Shown: positions 46,662 to 56,767 of the stretch, piece after piece | Layout: each line of letters opens with the position of its first letter | Numbering within the stretch: position 1 is the first letter of the stretch | DNA from: a virus | Taxonomy: Duplodnaviria; Caudoviricetes | Direction: 5' to 3' (one strand) | Length of the DNA stretch: 60,564 nt | IMG/VR virus record: IMGVR_UViG_3300035670_000224 | Span: 1 to 60,564 of that record | The notes under the pieces: generated by a model | Database searches by the model: none | What the model saw: only the letters and a program-made list of their open reading frames with translations | What the model was told of the DNA's origin: nothing | Position numbers and translations under genes: made by a program

Positions 46662-46880
46662 TTACGTAAAGTTAAAAGTTGAGGTGTCGGGTATACTGTG
46701 GTTAATAATTATACTGTCCCGATTTAACAAAAAACCACAGCCACTTAGAAAATATTTAAATTGCTCTATAGCTTCCAACCATGTATCTGCTCTGAAAGTC
46801 TTCTTTGTTAGAGTACCTTCTGAATCCTCATAACTGAATGAAAATTCACCTACCGCATCGTCATCATCGTAATTTGACAT
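46662..46880 (-). CDS. hypothetical phage protein
   Basis: 72-aa ORF with AGGAG RBS. Confidence 0.65.
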   Translation of the reverse strand: MSNYDDDDAVGEFSFSYEDSEGTLTKKTFRADTWLEAIEQFKYFLSGCGFLLNRDSIIINHSIPDTSTFNFT

Positions 46881-47394
46881 TACTAATCTCCTTTATTAAG
46901 TTATCTATCGTTGTGAAACCAAGTTCTCTTTGCATTATAAGACTTGCAAAGATTTTCTTGCGTTGTGTACTATTCCCACCATCATGCTTTCCAAGTGCAG
47001 CTAAGACTTTCCCTTTATCTTTTTCAGATAGCTTGTTAAAAGAAGTCTTTAGCTTTCGTAGAAAATGAGGATGTCGCCATCTCTTATCCACAGGTCTTTC
47101 TAAATAAGCTGCTGCACCTCTAAGGAAATCAGAGAGTGTACCATCATACCAGTGCCGTAAGTACCTTGTATAAATACCCTCTAATTTCCCTAGTGCTGCA
47201 TTCGTCTGTCTATTTAGAACCGCCCTAACAAAAAGATTATCGTGAGAGTGGTCTAGGCAGCCTTGATTAGGCAGAACGGGTGTATTGGTTAATACATCAA
47301 TCCCGTACTGCTCTTTCAATAATAGCTCTCTGACTTCTTTAACATCTTTTGGTGTGTACAGGTCCCTAGTCTGGTGTTTCGTCATTATAGTCAT
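46864..47394 (-). CDS. endonuclease VII-like resolvase
   Basis: CLDHSH...VRAVL...NAALGK motif. Confidence 0.75.
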   Translation of the reverse strand: MTIMTKHQTRDLYTPKDVKEVRELLLKEQYGIDVLTNTPVLPNQGCLDHSHDNLFVRAVLNRQTNAALGKLEGIYTRYLRHWYDGTLSDFLRGAAAYLERPVDKRWRHPHFLRKLKTSFNKLSEKDKGKVLAALGKHDGGNSTQRKKIFASLIMQRELGFTTIDNLIKEISNVKLR

Positions 47395-48376
47395 CCAAGT
47401 CTATACTGTACTTTTTAGCAAAGTCTTTAAAGTCAAGCGTATCGTCCTTAGTTTCACGCATTCTAATTCCTTTGTGGTACATATCAATAATATCTTTCCA
47501 AGACGCTTTACGTTCTACACCGTGGCAATCTGTATAGGCAGTAATCTTAGGATACCACTTAATATAGTTAGCAATACATAGCTGCAAGGCTTCTTGTTCG
47601 TTTACACAATCCTTGAGCAGTGTATACGCCGATTTAGCGCCATACTTTATTTTACACAGTGCTGTAGGTTTAAGATTGTCAATTAAATCTCCCACCATTA
47701 ACTGCAAACAATACCAAAGAAACCCATTACCCTTTACATCACCTTTATCATTAAGCCATAAAGAACCTAGTTTAGGTATCTCAACAACCTCTGGATTCTC
47801 TTGAGTATAGTTATAGATTTTCAAACCTGAGTAAGCATTAGAATCTTTATCACTGGTTACAATAATAACCTCATAACCTTTGTTAAGATACTCATAACCC
47901 ACCCATATTACCCTGTCATCTACCTCTTCACCATTTACCTTAATTGCCTTGTGCTTACCAATTAAATACTCCTTGCAATCATTTCTGAGTAAAGGCTTTA
48001 GGGATGTATCGCGCTGACCTTTGTATTTCTCTGGCAACGGTAGTTTATCTCTAAAGTTATTTTTACCCGCTACATAGACTATGCAAGAATCTCCCCACAG
48101 GGTTTCTTTGATGTTCTTTAACTGAGTATCAATTAAAAACTGATATGATACATTTTCATTGACGGTTTGAATATCTTTAATATCATAATCAGCAGCTACG
48201 TAGTCGAACTCCTTTTCCTTTAGGAAGGTCTTAAACTCTGTCCGAGTCTTAAAGATTTTCTTTCTGCTGGACTTCTTATGAGTTACTTCAATTGTTCGTT
48301 CTTCACAAGCTGCTGACGTTCTATAGACGAGTATATCACCATCAATGAGTACAATACGTTTTTTCTTTTTAGGCAC
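47366..48376 (-). CDS. 5'-3' exonuclease (T7 gp6/FEN-like)
   Basis: LIDGDIL, NFR, YKGQR, EVDD, DKD, GDLIDN motifs. Confidence 0.85.
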   Translation of the reverse strand: MPKKKKRIVLIDGDILVYRTSAACEERTIEVTHKKSSRKKIFKTRTEFKTFLKEKEFDYVAADYDIKDIQTVNENVSYQFLIDTQLKNIKETLWGDSCIVYVAGKNNFRDKLPLPEKYKGQRDTSLKPLLRNDCKEYLIGKHKAIKVNGEEVDDRVIWVGYEYLNKGYEVIIVTSDKDSNAYSGLKIYNYTQENPEVVEIPKLGSLWLNDKGDVKGNGFLWYCLQLMVGDLIDNLKPTALCKIKYGAKSAYTLLKDCVNEQEALQLCIANYIKWYPKITAYTDCHGVERKASWKDIIDMYHKGIRMRETKDDTLDFKDFAKKYSIDLDDYNDETPD

Positions 48377-48590
48377 TTTCTAACTCATCCAGAATGTCTA
48401 AGGTGCTCTCCAGTTTCAACCGAAGATTGCCAGACTTACCATCTGAAATTGCTTTAGCAATCAATACCAGCTTAGCTGGGTCATGCCCTGCTGTCTTAGC
48501 CTCTGCTTTGAGTTCTTTCAAACCTTCGTCAAGACTTCCGATTTGGTCAAAAATTGCTACCATCTTATCAATATGCTCTCTTACTTTCAT
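48369..48590 (-). CDS. small dsDNA-binding protein (GapR/DsbA-like)
   Basis: LKELKAEAKTAGHDPAKL pattern. Confidence 0.45.
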   Translation of the reverse strand: MKVREHIDKMVAIFDQIGSLDEGLKELKAEAKTAGHDPAKLVLIAKAISDGKSGNLRLKLESTLDILDELESA

Positions 48591-48700
48591 GTTTACTCCT
48601 TTTTATTGTTTCTATATGCCATTTAAACCTGCCGTAGCAGGGCTTAAGGCGTCTAAAAGGTAAGAGGCTATACCAACCCCTTACCTGCTGTTAAACTACA

Positions 48701-49711
48701 TCAAAACGGCGCACCGTCATCCAAGTCTTCTAAATCTGGCGCAGGTTTAGCTGCTGCCTTCTTAGCTGCTGCGGGCTTTGGAGCTACTTTAGGTGCTGGA
48801 GGTGTATCATCCTCTGATGTATCCTCAGCATCGTCTTGCTTACTGTAACCACCTCGTGCAGCCTCAAGTTGTTTTTGAATTGGTGAGCCTTCATAGTTAA
48901 TAGCATTCTTGATTGTGCTGACAATGTGGTAACGAAGTTCTTTCAACGATTGCTCATCATTAACTTCATTAAACTGCACAACAAAAGGTTTGACTGGAAG
49001 TTCTGGTGCTGCCTGACCACGCCCAAGCGCAGCTTTGAATGTAATCTTCTCTGTGAAATAAGACTTACCGTCCTTTCCAGCTTTCATGTAGACTTGAACT
49101 TCAAATTGAAAAGCCTTACCTACAATCTTGTCAATATCTTGAGGTAAGAATACACCATCTGGTGCAATCAGCTTAGAAGCTACTGCCATTTTAAACAAGG
49201 TGTGTTTGTTGTTAAAACTCCAGCGTCCTTTTGTATCTTTACCAATACGTAGCGGAATAGGTTTAGCAACTACTTTAGCAGTACCGTTCCAAAATTCACC
49301 ACCAAGCCATAAGCGTAGAGGCTTCTCTTCACCAGAGTCATCACCAAAGAATTGCCCTTTGTTAAGGAGAATATCTGGGAAGTCTACTGCAATTGCTACA
49401 GACTGAATGGGCTTCTGAGGCCAGCATTTGTAACGTACAGGTTTACGTGACACAGGGTCTGTACCATTCTTAAAGTAAGTGCTAGGCTTTTCAGCGATAG
49501 CTGCCTCTTCGTCCTCTGGTGTACCGTTAAAGACCATTTCTGCATCAGCTTGAGCTTGCGTACCAAGGTCAACAAGACCTGATACAACGCCAACTAATGT
49601 CTCAGGTGATTGCAGACCTGCTGTTTCAACCACGTACTTATTTAAAGCGTCGTAGTCAATATCTTTCTTCGTACCTTCATTTTGGCTTGCACCATAGCTT
49701 TGAAACGTCAT
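48701..49711 (-). CDS. putative single-stranded DNA-binding protein
   Basis: Acidic tail ending DLDDGAPF; located in the replication module. Confidence 0.65.
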   Translation of the reverse strand: MTFQSYGASQNEGTKKDIDYDALNKYVVETAGLQSPETLVGVVSGLVDLGTQAQADAEMVFNGTPEDEEAAIAEKPSTYFKNGTDPVSRKPVRYKCWPQKPIQSVAIAVDFPDILLNKGQFFGDDSGEEKPLRLWLGGEFWNGTAKVVAKPIPLRIGKDTKGRWSFNNKHTLFKMAVASKLIAPDGVFLPQDIDKIVGKAFQFEVQVYMKAGKDGKSYFTEKITFKAALGRGQAAPELPVKPFVVQFNEVNDEQSLKELRYHIVSTIKNAINYEGSPIQKQLEAARGGYSKQDDAEDTSEDDTPPAPKVAPKPAAAKKAAAKPAPDLEDLDDGAPF

Positions 49712-49849
49712 TCTAATTTTCCCTTTCTATTTAAGTTTTGTCGATAGTCATAAACTTTTATGACTATGTTTTGTCGATATGACAAGATAGTTTTAGAGAC
49801 TATAAACTCATGCTAACTTGATTCAACACTTCTTTGTTAAAAGTCCCGA

Positions 49850-49878
49850 ATTGTAACACATCCTGTATTGTTTGTCAA
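49850..49878 (-). promoter_or_regulatory. sigma70 promoter
   Basis: TTGACA-17-TACAAT with TG extended -10 on the minus strand, upstream of the SSB gene. Confidence 0.65.
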
Positions 49879-49890
49879 GCACCAACTAGG

Positions 49891-50082
49891 TCAGCGCACA
49901 AGAGATTCAAGCAAATATCGCCGTACAGTCGCTTGGTCATCAATAGAGCCTTTCCACAGTGAAATTGGTGTTCTATCATCGAGTGCCTTATTGGGAGACT
50001 TCCACCACCTTTTAGACAGGTCTTTAGAACCTGTGAGTGACAGAAGTATAAGGTTAAGTTTATCTTTTTGATTTAGTTTCAT
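49891..50082 (-). CDS. stand-alone Xre/MbcA/ParS antitoxin toxin-binding-domain-like protein
   Basis: RWWKSPNKALDDRTPISLW...VRRYL. Confidence 0.6.
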   Translation of the reverse strand: MKLNQKDKLNLILLSLTGSKDLSKRWWKSPNKALDDRTPISLWKGSIDDQATVRRYLLESLVR

Positions 50083-50405
50083 TTATGAGTTGCAAAATAC
50101 AAAGCGAGGCGTGTAGTGAGTGAAAGCGGGGTTCGGTAGTAGGCTTCCTCTTCTTTTGTTTTTTCATCTACCCCTAGTGCACTTAATAGTGCATGGGCTT
50201 GTTTTAACTCGAAGTCAAGTTTATCCTTCTGTTCTGTGTTGTATTTTTGTGCCTTCTCCAACTCATTTTTCTTTTTCATAAGGTCTGCAATCTCCGCGAG
50301 ATTTTTCTGTTTGTCAAGGTACAAGGCAGTCACTTGCGCTGTATCAAGATTTACTGTTACGTTCTCAAGCTCTGTACCTTGGACTGTGATTTGAATGATT
50401 GACAT
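50079..50405 (-). CDS. hypothetical coiled-coil protein
   Basis: 108 aa, AGGAG RBS. Confidence 0.7.
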   Translation of the reverse strand: MSIIQITVQGTELENVTVNLDTAQVTALYLDKQKNLAEIADLMKKKNELEKAQKYNTEQKDKLDFELKQAHALLSALGVDEKTKEEEAYYRTPLSLTTRLALYFATHK

Positions 50406-50472
50406 ATTTACTCCTTTTTATTTTGTTATTGGTTGTAATATACCCTTACCTGTAAGGCAAGGGAATTACTCG

Positions 50473-50802
50473 TTAAGTGTTCTCAGTTAAGCAACCTTCG
50501 ATAGGCGAATAAATGCAAGCATAAATACCAGAAGAGTCGGTTAACTTTTGTTCAAATATCTCATAAAAATTACGGGCTTCAACCTCTGTATCAAAAGTAA
50601 GTAGCCCGCCTGCAATTGTAGCGTGCAAAAAGTCATAGAAGTCCTTATCCAAAGGATAAATTTTTCGTATCTCTTCTTGCACAAATTTTGCAATCTTATC
50701 ATCTTCTTGTGTGTTATCTAAACCGTAGTCAAGATAAACACCGAACTTGTTTAAGGCTTTACAGACGATTTCATTCAACTGGTTCCAATTAAAATATTCC
50801 AT
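50473..50802 (-). CDS. hypothetical phage protein
   Basis: 109 aa, AGGAGG RBS. Confidence 0.7.
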   Translation of the reverse strand: MEYFNWNQLNEIVCKALNKFGVYLDYGLDNTQEDDKIAKFVQEEIRKIYPLDKDFYDFLHATIAGGLLTFDTEVEARNFYEIFEQKLTDSSGIYACIYSPIEGCLTENT

Positions 50803-50877
50803 TTTACCTCCTTGTTTGTTATGTGTTGTGAATTATAGCACGTATTTTAGGATAGTGCTTGTTGTCTTGATTTTTCA

Positions 50878-53166
50878 TTAGTGACATTGTCCCCAGTTAC
50901 GTCCAGTTATATACTCAAACCCCAAGGGAACTCTTAGACCTAGCTCTTTAGAGGCTTGTTCAATCCCCTCCGCAATACAGTCAATAGGTAAAGTTCTATT
51001 GGTTACATAGTAGCCTTTACTGCTGTGTCCAATAGCTCCAGAGGTATCCGTTCTGTATGTTTTTGCTTCATCCTCCGTCTTAAATAATTTAAGTTCTAAA
51101 AGTTTAGGATGTGCCGCCATTTGCTGTTCATCGTGCATGTGGATTAACCACCAAACTACAGCATCAGTTGCACTATTAACAAAAGGATTACCAAGGATTC
51201 CACGTGCCTCCATTTTCCCTGCCAACCTGACTGCACTCCACTTAGCCGCAATCGCTCCCCCAGATTGAAATAAAACATTTAATAAGCTGTGCTTACTGCG
51301 TGTACTCACTAAACGACCATCCAACCCAGTAATAAACTTCTTGTCGTAGGTTAACCAGTGAGCTTCAATTTTTTCCTTGAGTTCCTTCAGTGCAGGGTTA
51401 GCGTCCCAGAATGAGTTATAAATACGTTTAGCTTCCTTCGGGGAAACATTCAGCATCTTAACCAACTTAGCCGCTTGAGCGCCATATAGCACAGCGTAGT
51501 TCACAGACTTAGCATGGTCACGACTAATCCCCATTTTTTGTGCCGTAAGTGAATGGATGTCGTTGGGCTTCACAGCAAGCAAAGCCTTAGCTAATTCCTC
51601 ACCACCTGTATACGGAAGAACATAGTGTCCTTCAATCCGCGCCTCAAGGCTTGCAAAATCGTAGCCCAGCTGATGACCAAGTTTGCCACTTCTAAACATT
51701 GAGCGCATTTCTGTACCAAACAGGCTGGTGTTGCGTGGGATATTACAGACAACCTTATGCCTATATCGTCCAGTGTTAGCTCCAAGTGTATCGGCAGGCG
51801 TGGGTATACGCCCATCCTCTCTTACGCAGCTCAAAAAGCCCGTGATTGGTTCACCATCCTCGTCGAGTTCTCCGCCTGCAATAGCGTTACGCCTATGCCG
51901 ATAAGTGTAGTATTCGACCACATCTTTGACAAACTCCGCTTTCTCTCCGAGTGAAACAAGATTAGGGCAAATCTCCTTCTCAAGCCCTACCGTCAATTTT
52001 GGTGTTGTTGGAATATAAACGGGCTTTGTTCCTTCCATCTTGTTAATTAGAAACTGTTTTAAATCCTTCAAACTCACGTCTAAAAGCTCAAGACGCAAGT
52101 CCTTAAATACAGAAGATTCTGTTTGTTTGACGTACCTATCAATAGCCTCAATAGCTTGTTGATAATTCTTAACACTTTTGTCAGTGTTCTTCATTAAGTC
52201 TCGCTCTTTAACCTCTGTAGGTATCCAACCCAACGAGATAAGGTAGCCCTTAACAACATCAATATTTTCAATTGTAGCCTCTTCGTGCGTCCGCAACGGC
52301 AGAGAATAATCTATTGGGTATTCTTTATTTTCATATCTAATAGTGCGTTGCTCAGTGAAGACTGCACCTGTCTTGGCTAAGAACTTCTCTAGGTTAGCAG
52401 AAAGAGTGCCGTCTTTTTTAAACCTGAGTTTAGGCAGTTCAAAAAATGAAGCATCTACAGCAGACATCTTCTTAGGCGGGAGAAGCGGGTTCACTTTTAC
52501 AGCTATCTCTGCCATACGTGTGTTTAAGAAGTCTAAGTTTTTTTGAGCCAATTCAATATCAAAATCAAACCCCAGCAATTCTTGTTTCAGTGTCAAATCT
52601 GCTAATTTAATTTCCATGCTATAAGAACGAAACCAATCGTGTGTGCCTTGTTCTTTAATAAGTGCAGATAGAATAGAACTATTTACTTTCGTATCTTGTA
52701 CGCAGTATTCTAACATTTCTTGTGAAAACTTAGACCAATCGTTAAAATCTCCTTTGTAGTCTCCCAGTCGTTTGCCCCAAGACTTGAGGCTATGTCCACC
52801 AAGGCGGTCTGGACTTAGGAGCTTAGACCAAAGAAGTGTATCTGTGATAGTAACAGACCTGCCATAGAGCGTAGAAGGAGAATCTGGATAACCTATTTCA
52901 TAGTCTAAAAGACCAGAAAGCATTAACACAGGCAAGTCAAACTGAACTATATTGTGCCCAACTAACTCCGTGCATTTACGCAACGAGTGTTGTAAATTTT
53001 CTCTAGTAAGCTCATTCCCGCTGAAGGTTTTTACAGCCCCTGTATCTACGTGACGTAACACCACGCACCAAATCTTATAGGTGTCTTTTAGGCGATAAGG
53101 CAAACTGGTGTAGTCTAGTCCGTCCTGTAGCAAACCATTAGATTCAATGTCGATGATATATTTCAT
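50878..53166 (-). CDS. DNA polymerase, family A (T7-like) with 3'-5' exonuclease
   Basis: IIDIESN, GHNIVQFD, YCVQD; motif A GYDFASLE, motif B RDHAKSVNYAVLYG, motif C HMHDE. Confidence 0.93.
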   Translation of the reverse strand: MKYIIDIESNGLLQDGLDYTSLPYRLKDTYKIWCVVLRHVDTGAVKTFSGNELTRENLQHSLRKCTELVGHNIVQFDLPVLMLSGLLDYEIGYPDSPSTLYGRSVTITDTLLWSKLLSPDRLGGHSLKSWGKRLGDYKGDFNDWSKFSQEMLEYCVQDTKVNSSILSALIKEQGTHDWFRSYSMEIKLADLTLKQELLGFDFDIELAQKNLDFLNTRMAEIAVKVNPLLPPKKMSAVDASFFELPKLRFKKDGTLSANLEKFLAKTGAVFTEQRTIRYENKEYPIDYSLPLRTHEEATIENIDVVKGYLISLGWIPTEVKERDLMKNTDKSVKNYQQAIEAIDRYVKQTESSVFKDLRLELLDVSLKDLKQFLINKMEGTKPVYIPTTPKLTVGLEKEICPNLVSLGEKAEFVKDVVEYYTYRHRRNAIAGGELDEDGEPITGFLSCVREDGRIPTPADTLGANTGRYRHKVVCNIPRNTSLFGTEMRSMFRSGKLGHQLGYDFASLEARIEGHYVLPYTGGEELAKALLAVKPNDIHSLTAQKMGISRDHAKSVNYAVLYGAQAAKLVKMLNVSPKEAKRIYNSFWDANPALKELKEKIEAHWLTYDKKFITGLDGRLVSTRSKHSLLNVLFQSGGAIAAKWSAVRLAGKMEARGILGNPFVNSATDAVVWWLIHMHDEQQMAAHPKLLELKLFKTEDEAKTYRTDTSGAIGHSSKGYYVTNRTLPIDCIAEGIEQASKELGLRVPLGFEYITGRNWGQCH

Positions 53167-53174
53167 TTATTCCT

Positions 53175-53343
53175 TTACCTTATTAGTGCAGTCCGATAAA
53201 ACTCTTTGTGCTTAATTATAACAAATTTTTGATACGCCTCAAACGCTTCCGACTCTGTATGTGCTATTAGCTAACCGCCTCTTCCAAGTAAACACATCGC
53301 CCTCAGGATTATACTCCAAAATTCCTTTTAAGTGCTTTTGCAT
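53175..53343 (-). pseudogene. internally deleted HNH-AP2 homing endonuclease remnant
   Basis: MQKHLKGILEYNPEGDVFTWK N-terminus joined out of frame to AP2-like end TESEAFEAYQKFVIIKHKEF. Confidence 0.6.
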
Positions 53344-53372
53344 TAAAACTTTAGTCGTTTTTCTCCAGTCAT

Positions 53373-55166
53373 TTAAAACCCTGTCTCATTCTCAGCCATC
53401 CAAGTATCCAAATTCACTAGACGATGTTCTTTGTTGTCGTAGTATAAGCTACCAGCATCCCCAGTGTTACCAGCATGGCGAGACTTCAATAGTCGTAGCT
53501 TTACTGTGTTTCTTTCGATTTCTGTCTCTGCCATCTTGTTACGCACCAGTCCGATAACAACAGAAGCAGATTTCACAAGTGTAGACGAGCCAATAATATC
53601 GCTATCGCTAATCTCTGCTCCTTCACTTGCATCCTTCTTACCTCCCTGTGTCTTTCGAACGTGGCACACGTTTACGATTGATACACCTGTCTCTTTCACT
53701 AAGCGTTTTTGAAAAACCATAAACTCTTCTTGTCTTGCTATATCTAGCCCTGATAAAATATCGCTTGTAACATCAATTAAAAGCACAGTGACACCCATCG
53801 AACGAATAATCTCTTCTACCTTTGTTTCTACATCGTCAACTGCACCACCTCTATCGTCACATAATAGAAAGGTTGGGCGGCCTTCCTCATCCTCAAATAG
53901 CTCCTTTGCTTGTGCTGCAATCTCTGGTTCGCTCATTGCAGATAGTCGAACTTCACGGTCTTGGATATTAACAAACTTTCTCTTGCAATAATATGAGAGT
54001 AGCTGTGTTGCAAACTCCCCAGCCGTTGCTTCAAGAGATAATACAGCAAATACCTCTTTGCGGTCTTCAGGCTTCTTCTTGTTCTCCATAATCCAATCAA
54101 CAAACAACTGATTTACCCAAGTTGACTTCCCAATAGAGGAAGCAGCAGCTATTAAAGTAAGGGTAGCTTTAGGAATACCACCAGCAAGCATATCGTTCAT
54201 GGTACCCAGCCAATCAGGTAGTGCTAATTTCTCTAAGTCTGCGTATTTTAACGCTTCCTCGTACAAGGAGGTAGAGCTATGCAATGCAACAGGTGTCCAA
54301 GGCTGAGCACTAAAATAATTGTTCAGAAAGTCCTTCTCCTTGTCCTTTTCTAAATACTCAGCAATATCTTTCAATGCACCCTTAAATACAAAAGCCTTGC
54401 CCCGTGGTAAAGCCTTAGCTACAGCATCCACAGCGTCTTGTCCTGCTGCGTCTTGGTCTAGGGCGATAATCACCCGTGAGAAGCCTTCAAAGAAACTGTA
54501 GTTAGCTGCAACCTGTTTAGCTGCTGCCTGAGCGCCTACACTGATACCTACAACGACAGGCTCACCAAAGTCGCTACTTCTTTTATCATTGTACTCTTTC
54601 AACATCTGAAACCCAGCCATAGTGTCCTGTTCACCCTCTGTTATCAAGCAATACTTACCGCTTTTATTCTTATAGCGAAACTGCCCAAACATTTCTACAG
54701 TCGCAGTAGTATCCCCTATACCTGAAAAGGATTTAGGCAACAAACGCTTCTTGTACCCAACAAGTTTACCGTCACGAGTAGCAGGATAGAAAATAGATTC
54801 TAACTCGCCTGTACTCTCATCATAAGCTCCGCGAGTTGCGTAGAACTTAGATGTCTCATGTTTAATCTTCCTCCAACCTTGAAGGTCTGTTGTAGTAGTT
54901 GTCTTAATCTCTTCTTTTGCCTCTTCTGTGATAGGGTCTTTAATCTTAACTTGTGTGACTTCTGCCATTGATGGTTCCTTTTCTTTTGTGTGTACGCTTT
55001 TGTAATTATTTCTTGTCTTGCTACCTTCGTTCTTTAGTGCCTTGAACTCTTCGCTGGGTCTGGTAAATTGACAGACAAAGCAATGCCCAGACCCATCCTC
55101 GTAGACTGCATAACCATCAGATGAGCCGCACTTAGGGCAAGATGTGTGATACTTGAATCTACTCAT
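53373..55166 (-). CDS. DNA primase-helicase (T7 gp4-like)
   Basis: CPKCGSSD...HCFVC zinc finger, TOPRIM ITEGEQD and LDQD, Walker A ASSIGKS, KSRHAG. Confidence 0.92.
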   Translation of the reverse strand: MSRFKYHTSCPKCGSSDGYAVYEDGSGHCFVCQFTRPSEEFKALKNEGSKTRNNYKSVHTKEKEPSMAEVTQVKIKDPITEEAKEEIKTTTTTDLQGWRKIKHETSKFYATRGAYDESTGELESIFYPATRDGKLVGYKKRLLPKSFSGIGDTTATVEMFGQFRYKNKSGKYCLITEGEQDTMAGFQMLKEYNDKRSSDFGEPVVVGISVGAQAAAKQVAANYSFFEGFSRVIIALDQDAAGQDAVDAVAKALPRGKAFVFKGALKDIAEYLEKDKEKDFLNNYFSAQPWTPVALHSSTSLYEEALKYADLEKLALPDWLGTMNDMLAGGIPKATLTLIAAASSIGKSTWVNQLFVDWIMENKKKPEDRKEVFAVLSLEATAGEFATQLLSYYCKRKFVNIQDREVRLSAMSEPEIAAQAKELFEDEEGRPTFLLCDDRGGAVDDVETKVEEIIRSMGVTVLLIDVTSDILSGLDIARQEEFMVFQKRLVKETGVSIVNVCHVRKTQGGKKDASEGAEISDSDIIGSSTLVKSASVVIGLVRNKMAETEIERNTVKLRLLKSRHAGNTGDAGSLYYDNKEHRLVNLDTWMAENETGF

Positions 55167-56196
55167 TCTTTAACAACCACTCATCTGATATTACTTTGAA
55201 GGATTTCTCAGGTTGCACTAAGCATTGGAAAACTACACCCTCTCTTTGAGAACCATTCAATTTAGATTTACCATTCGCGTATGTTAATAGTTCCTCTACT
55301 GTGTACTGAGTTAAACTAAATTCTGTATCAAGTAAAGGTACTGCCTTAACCCCTAGCATATCAGCTAAAGAGTGAACAGCTCCTAGTGGTAGATACCCTT
55401 CACCAACTTTGTAAACATCGAACAAGTTAAAGCAGGGCTTGCACTTGTATTGATTACCTTGGATGCCTTCACCAATAATTTCACCTTGGAGAGCATGACC
55501 GAGTAAACCTAGGTTCCTCATCTTATTCTCAATATCACTCTGAATAGCGATTTTCCAATAGAGATTATTCTCATCTGGCTTGAGGTCAAGATTGCGAGAA
55601 CAGACGTGAAAATCTCCTGTGTTGTCGAGGAAATATGTCGCTGAACAACCGTCCAGCTTCTCTGTAACAGCCCATCTGTACTGCTGTAATTCTGCAAACT
55701 CTTTTGTCAAATTTTGTACACGTTCTTGGTCAGTTTTTGGAATTTCAGATGGAAAGTTTCCACGAATTAGACCCGCTAACTGAACTGGGACTGGCTTTTC
55801 ATATTTGAGAATACCTAACCAGTCTGCAACATCTGTACCTATATCTATAAGAATATCGTCCGCTGGGACAACACCGTGCCCTGCCACATCCGTTAAGGTT
55901 GTTAATGGTAGCAGCAGTCCCTGAGAAAGTTGCCCCTTTAGCTTAATCGTTCGTAGTCTTTCACCCCAAGTGCCATCAAACTCACGGGGTTCTTTACCTT
56001 TAGACAGGAATGGTGCAAGATGGTGCGGTATAAAAGAGTCCACTTCACAATAAATAACTCTGTCACCTACTTTGTACTTTCCAACTTGGTCTACCACCCA
56101 CCAGCCATCTACACGGTAAGCACAAATCTTATCTGCACCTTTAATAGGTTTCACTTCTGCAATAGTACGCACTGTTGCTAATTTACGTTCTGTCAT
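55159..56196 (-). CDS. ATP-dependent RNA ligase (Rnl2/DRB0094 family)
   Basis: RKLATVRTI N-terminus, KTDQERVQN, TEKLDG, QGEIIG, REGVV, SFKVIS. Confidence 0.88.
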   Translation of the reverse strand: MTERKLATVRTIAEVKPIKGADKICAYRVDGWWVVDQVGKYKVGDRVIYCEVDSFIPHHLAPFLSKGKEPREFDGTWGERLRTIKLKGQLSQGLLLPLTTLTDVAGHGVVPADDILIDIGTDVADWLGILKYEKPVPVQLAGLIRGNFPSEIPKTDQERVQNLTKEFAELQQYRWAVTEKLDGCSATYFLDNTGDFHVCSRNLDLKPDENNLYWKIAIQSDIENKMRNLGLLGHALQGEIIGEGIQGNQYKCKPCFNLFDVYKVGEGYLPLGAVHSLADMLGVKAVPLLDTEFSLTQYTVEELLTYANGKSKLNGSQREGVVFQCLVQPEKSFKVISDEWLLKNE

Positions 56197-56254
56197 CTAA
56201 ACTCCTTTCATTGTCTAACTCATTAAGGGTATCATCATACCTGTAAAGGGAATG

Positions 56255-56536
56255 TTAACTGTAACTATATTTGATACTGCCACATGTAGCCACCTTGACC
56301 TCTAGCTTAAACCAGCCAAGGACAACTCTGTAGGTGATTATATCGCAGTCTGAGAATTTATTGAACAGCATATGCACTTTTTCACCGTGCCATCCAATTC
56401 CTGTTGTGTAATATTTCATAGCTGCCCCTGTTCCATAGACCCAAGAACCCACGGCAAAAGATACATCCACTCCAGAGAGGCTCACCAACCATGTTTTAAG
56501 CACCTTTAAAGGCTTGATTTTAACTTCCTGCATCAT
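56255..56536 (-). CDS. hypothetical phage protein
   Basis: ORF coupled to the upstream small gene. Confidence 0.5.
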   Translation of the reverse strand: MMQEVKIKPLKVLKTWLVSLSGVDVSFAVGSWVYGTGAAMKYYTTGIGWHGEKVHMLFNKFSDCDIITYRVVLGWFKLEVKVATCGSIKYSYS

Positions 56537-56682
56537 TGCCCTGCCTTTACAGAACAAACGCCTAAAATGACGTTTATAGCTTGAATAACATCATGTTGTT
56601 GCATAGGATGCAGGCTACTCCAAGGAACAGTACCTCCAAGCTGCTTTTGAATACTTTGATAGAACTTTTCTACGTCTGACAT
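56533..56682 (-). CDS. small hypothetical protein
   Basis: MSDVEKFYQSIQKQLGGTVPWSSLHPMQQHDVIQAINVIL..., GGGAG RBS. Confidence 0.55.
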   Translation of the reverse strand: MSDVEKFYQSIQKQLGGTVPWSSLHPMQQHDVIQAINVILGVCSVKAGQ

Positions 56683-56767
56683 TGTGAACTCCCTTTGTTT
56701 TAAAACTTACTTTAATATTGACACCGCAAGGTTGGTACTATCCTTACCCTTTTGTGTATACCGTGTG

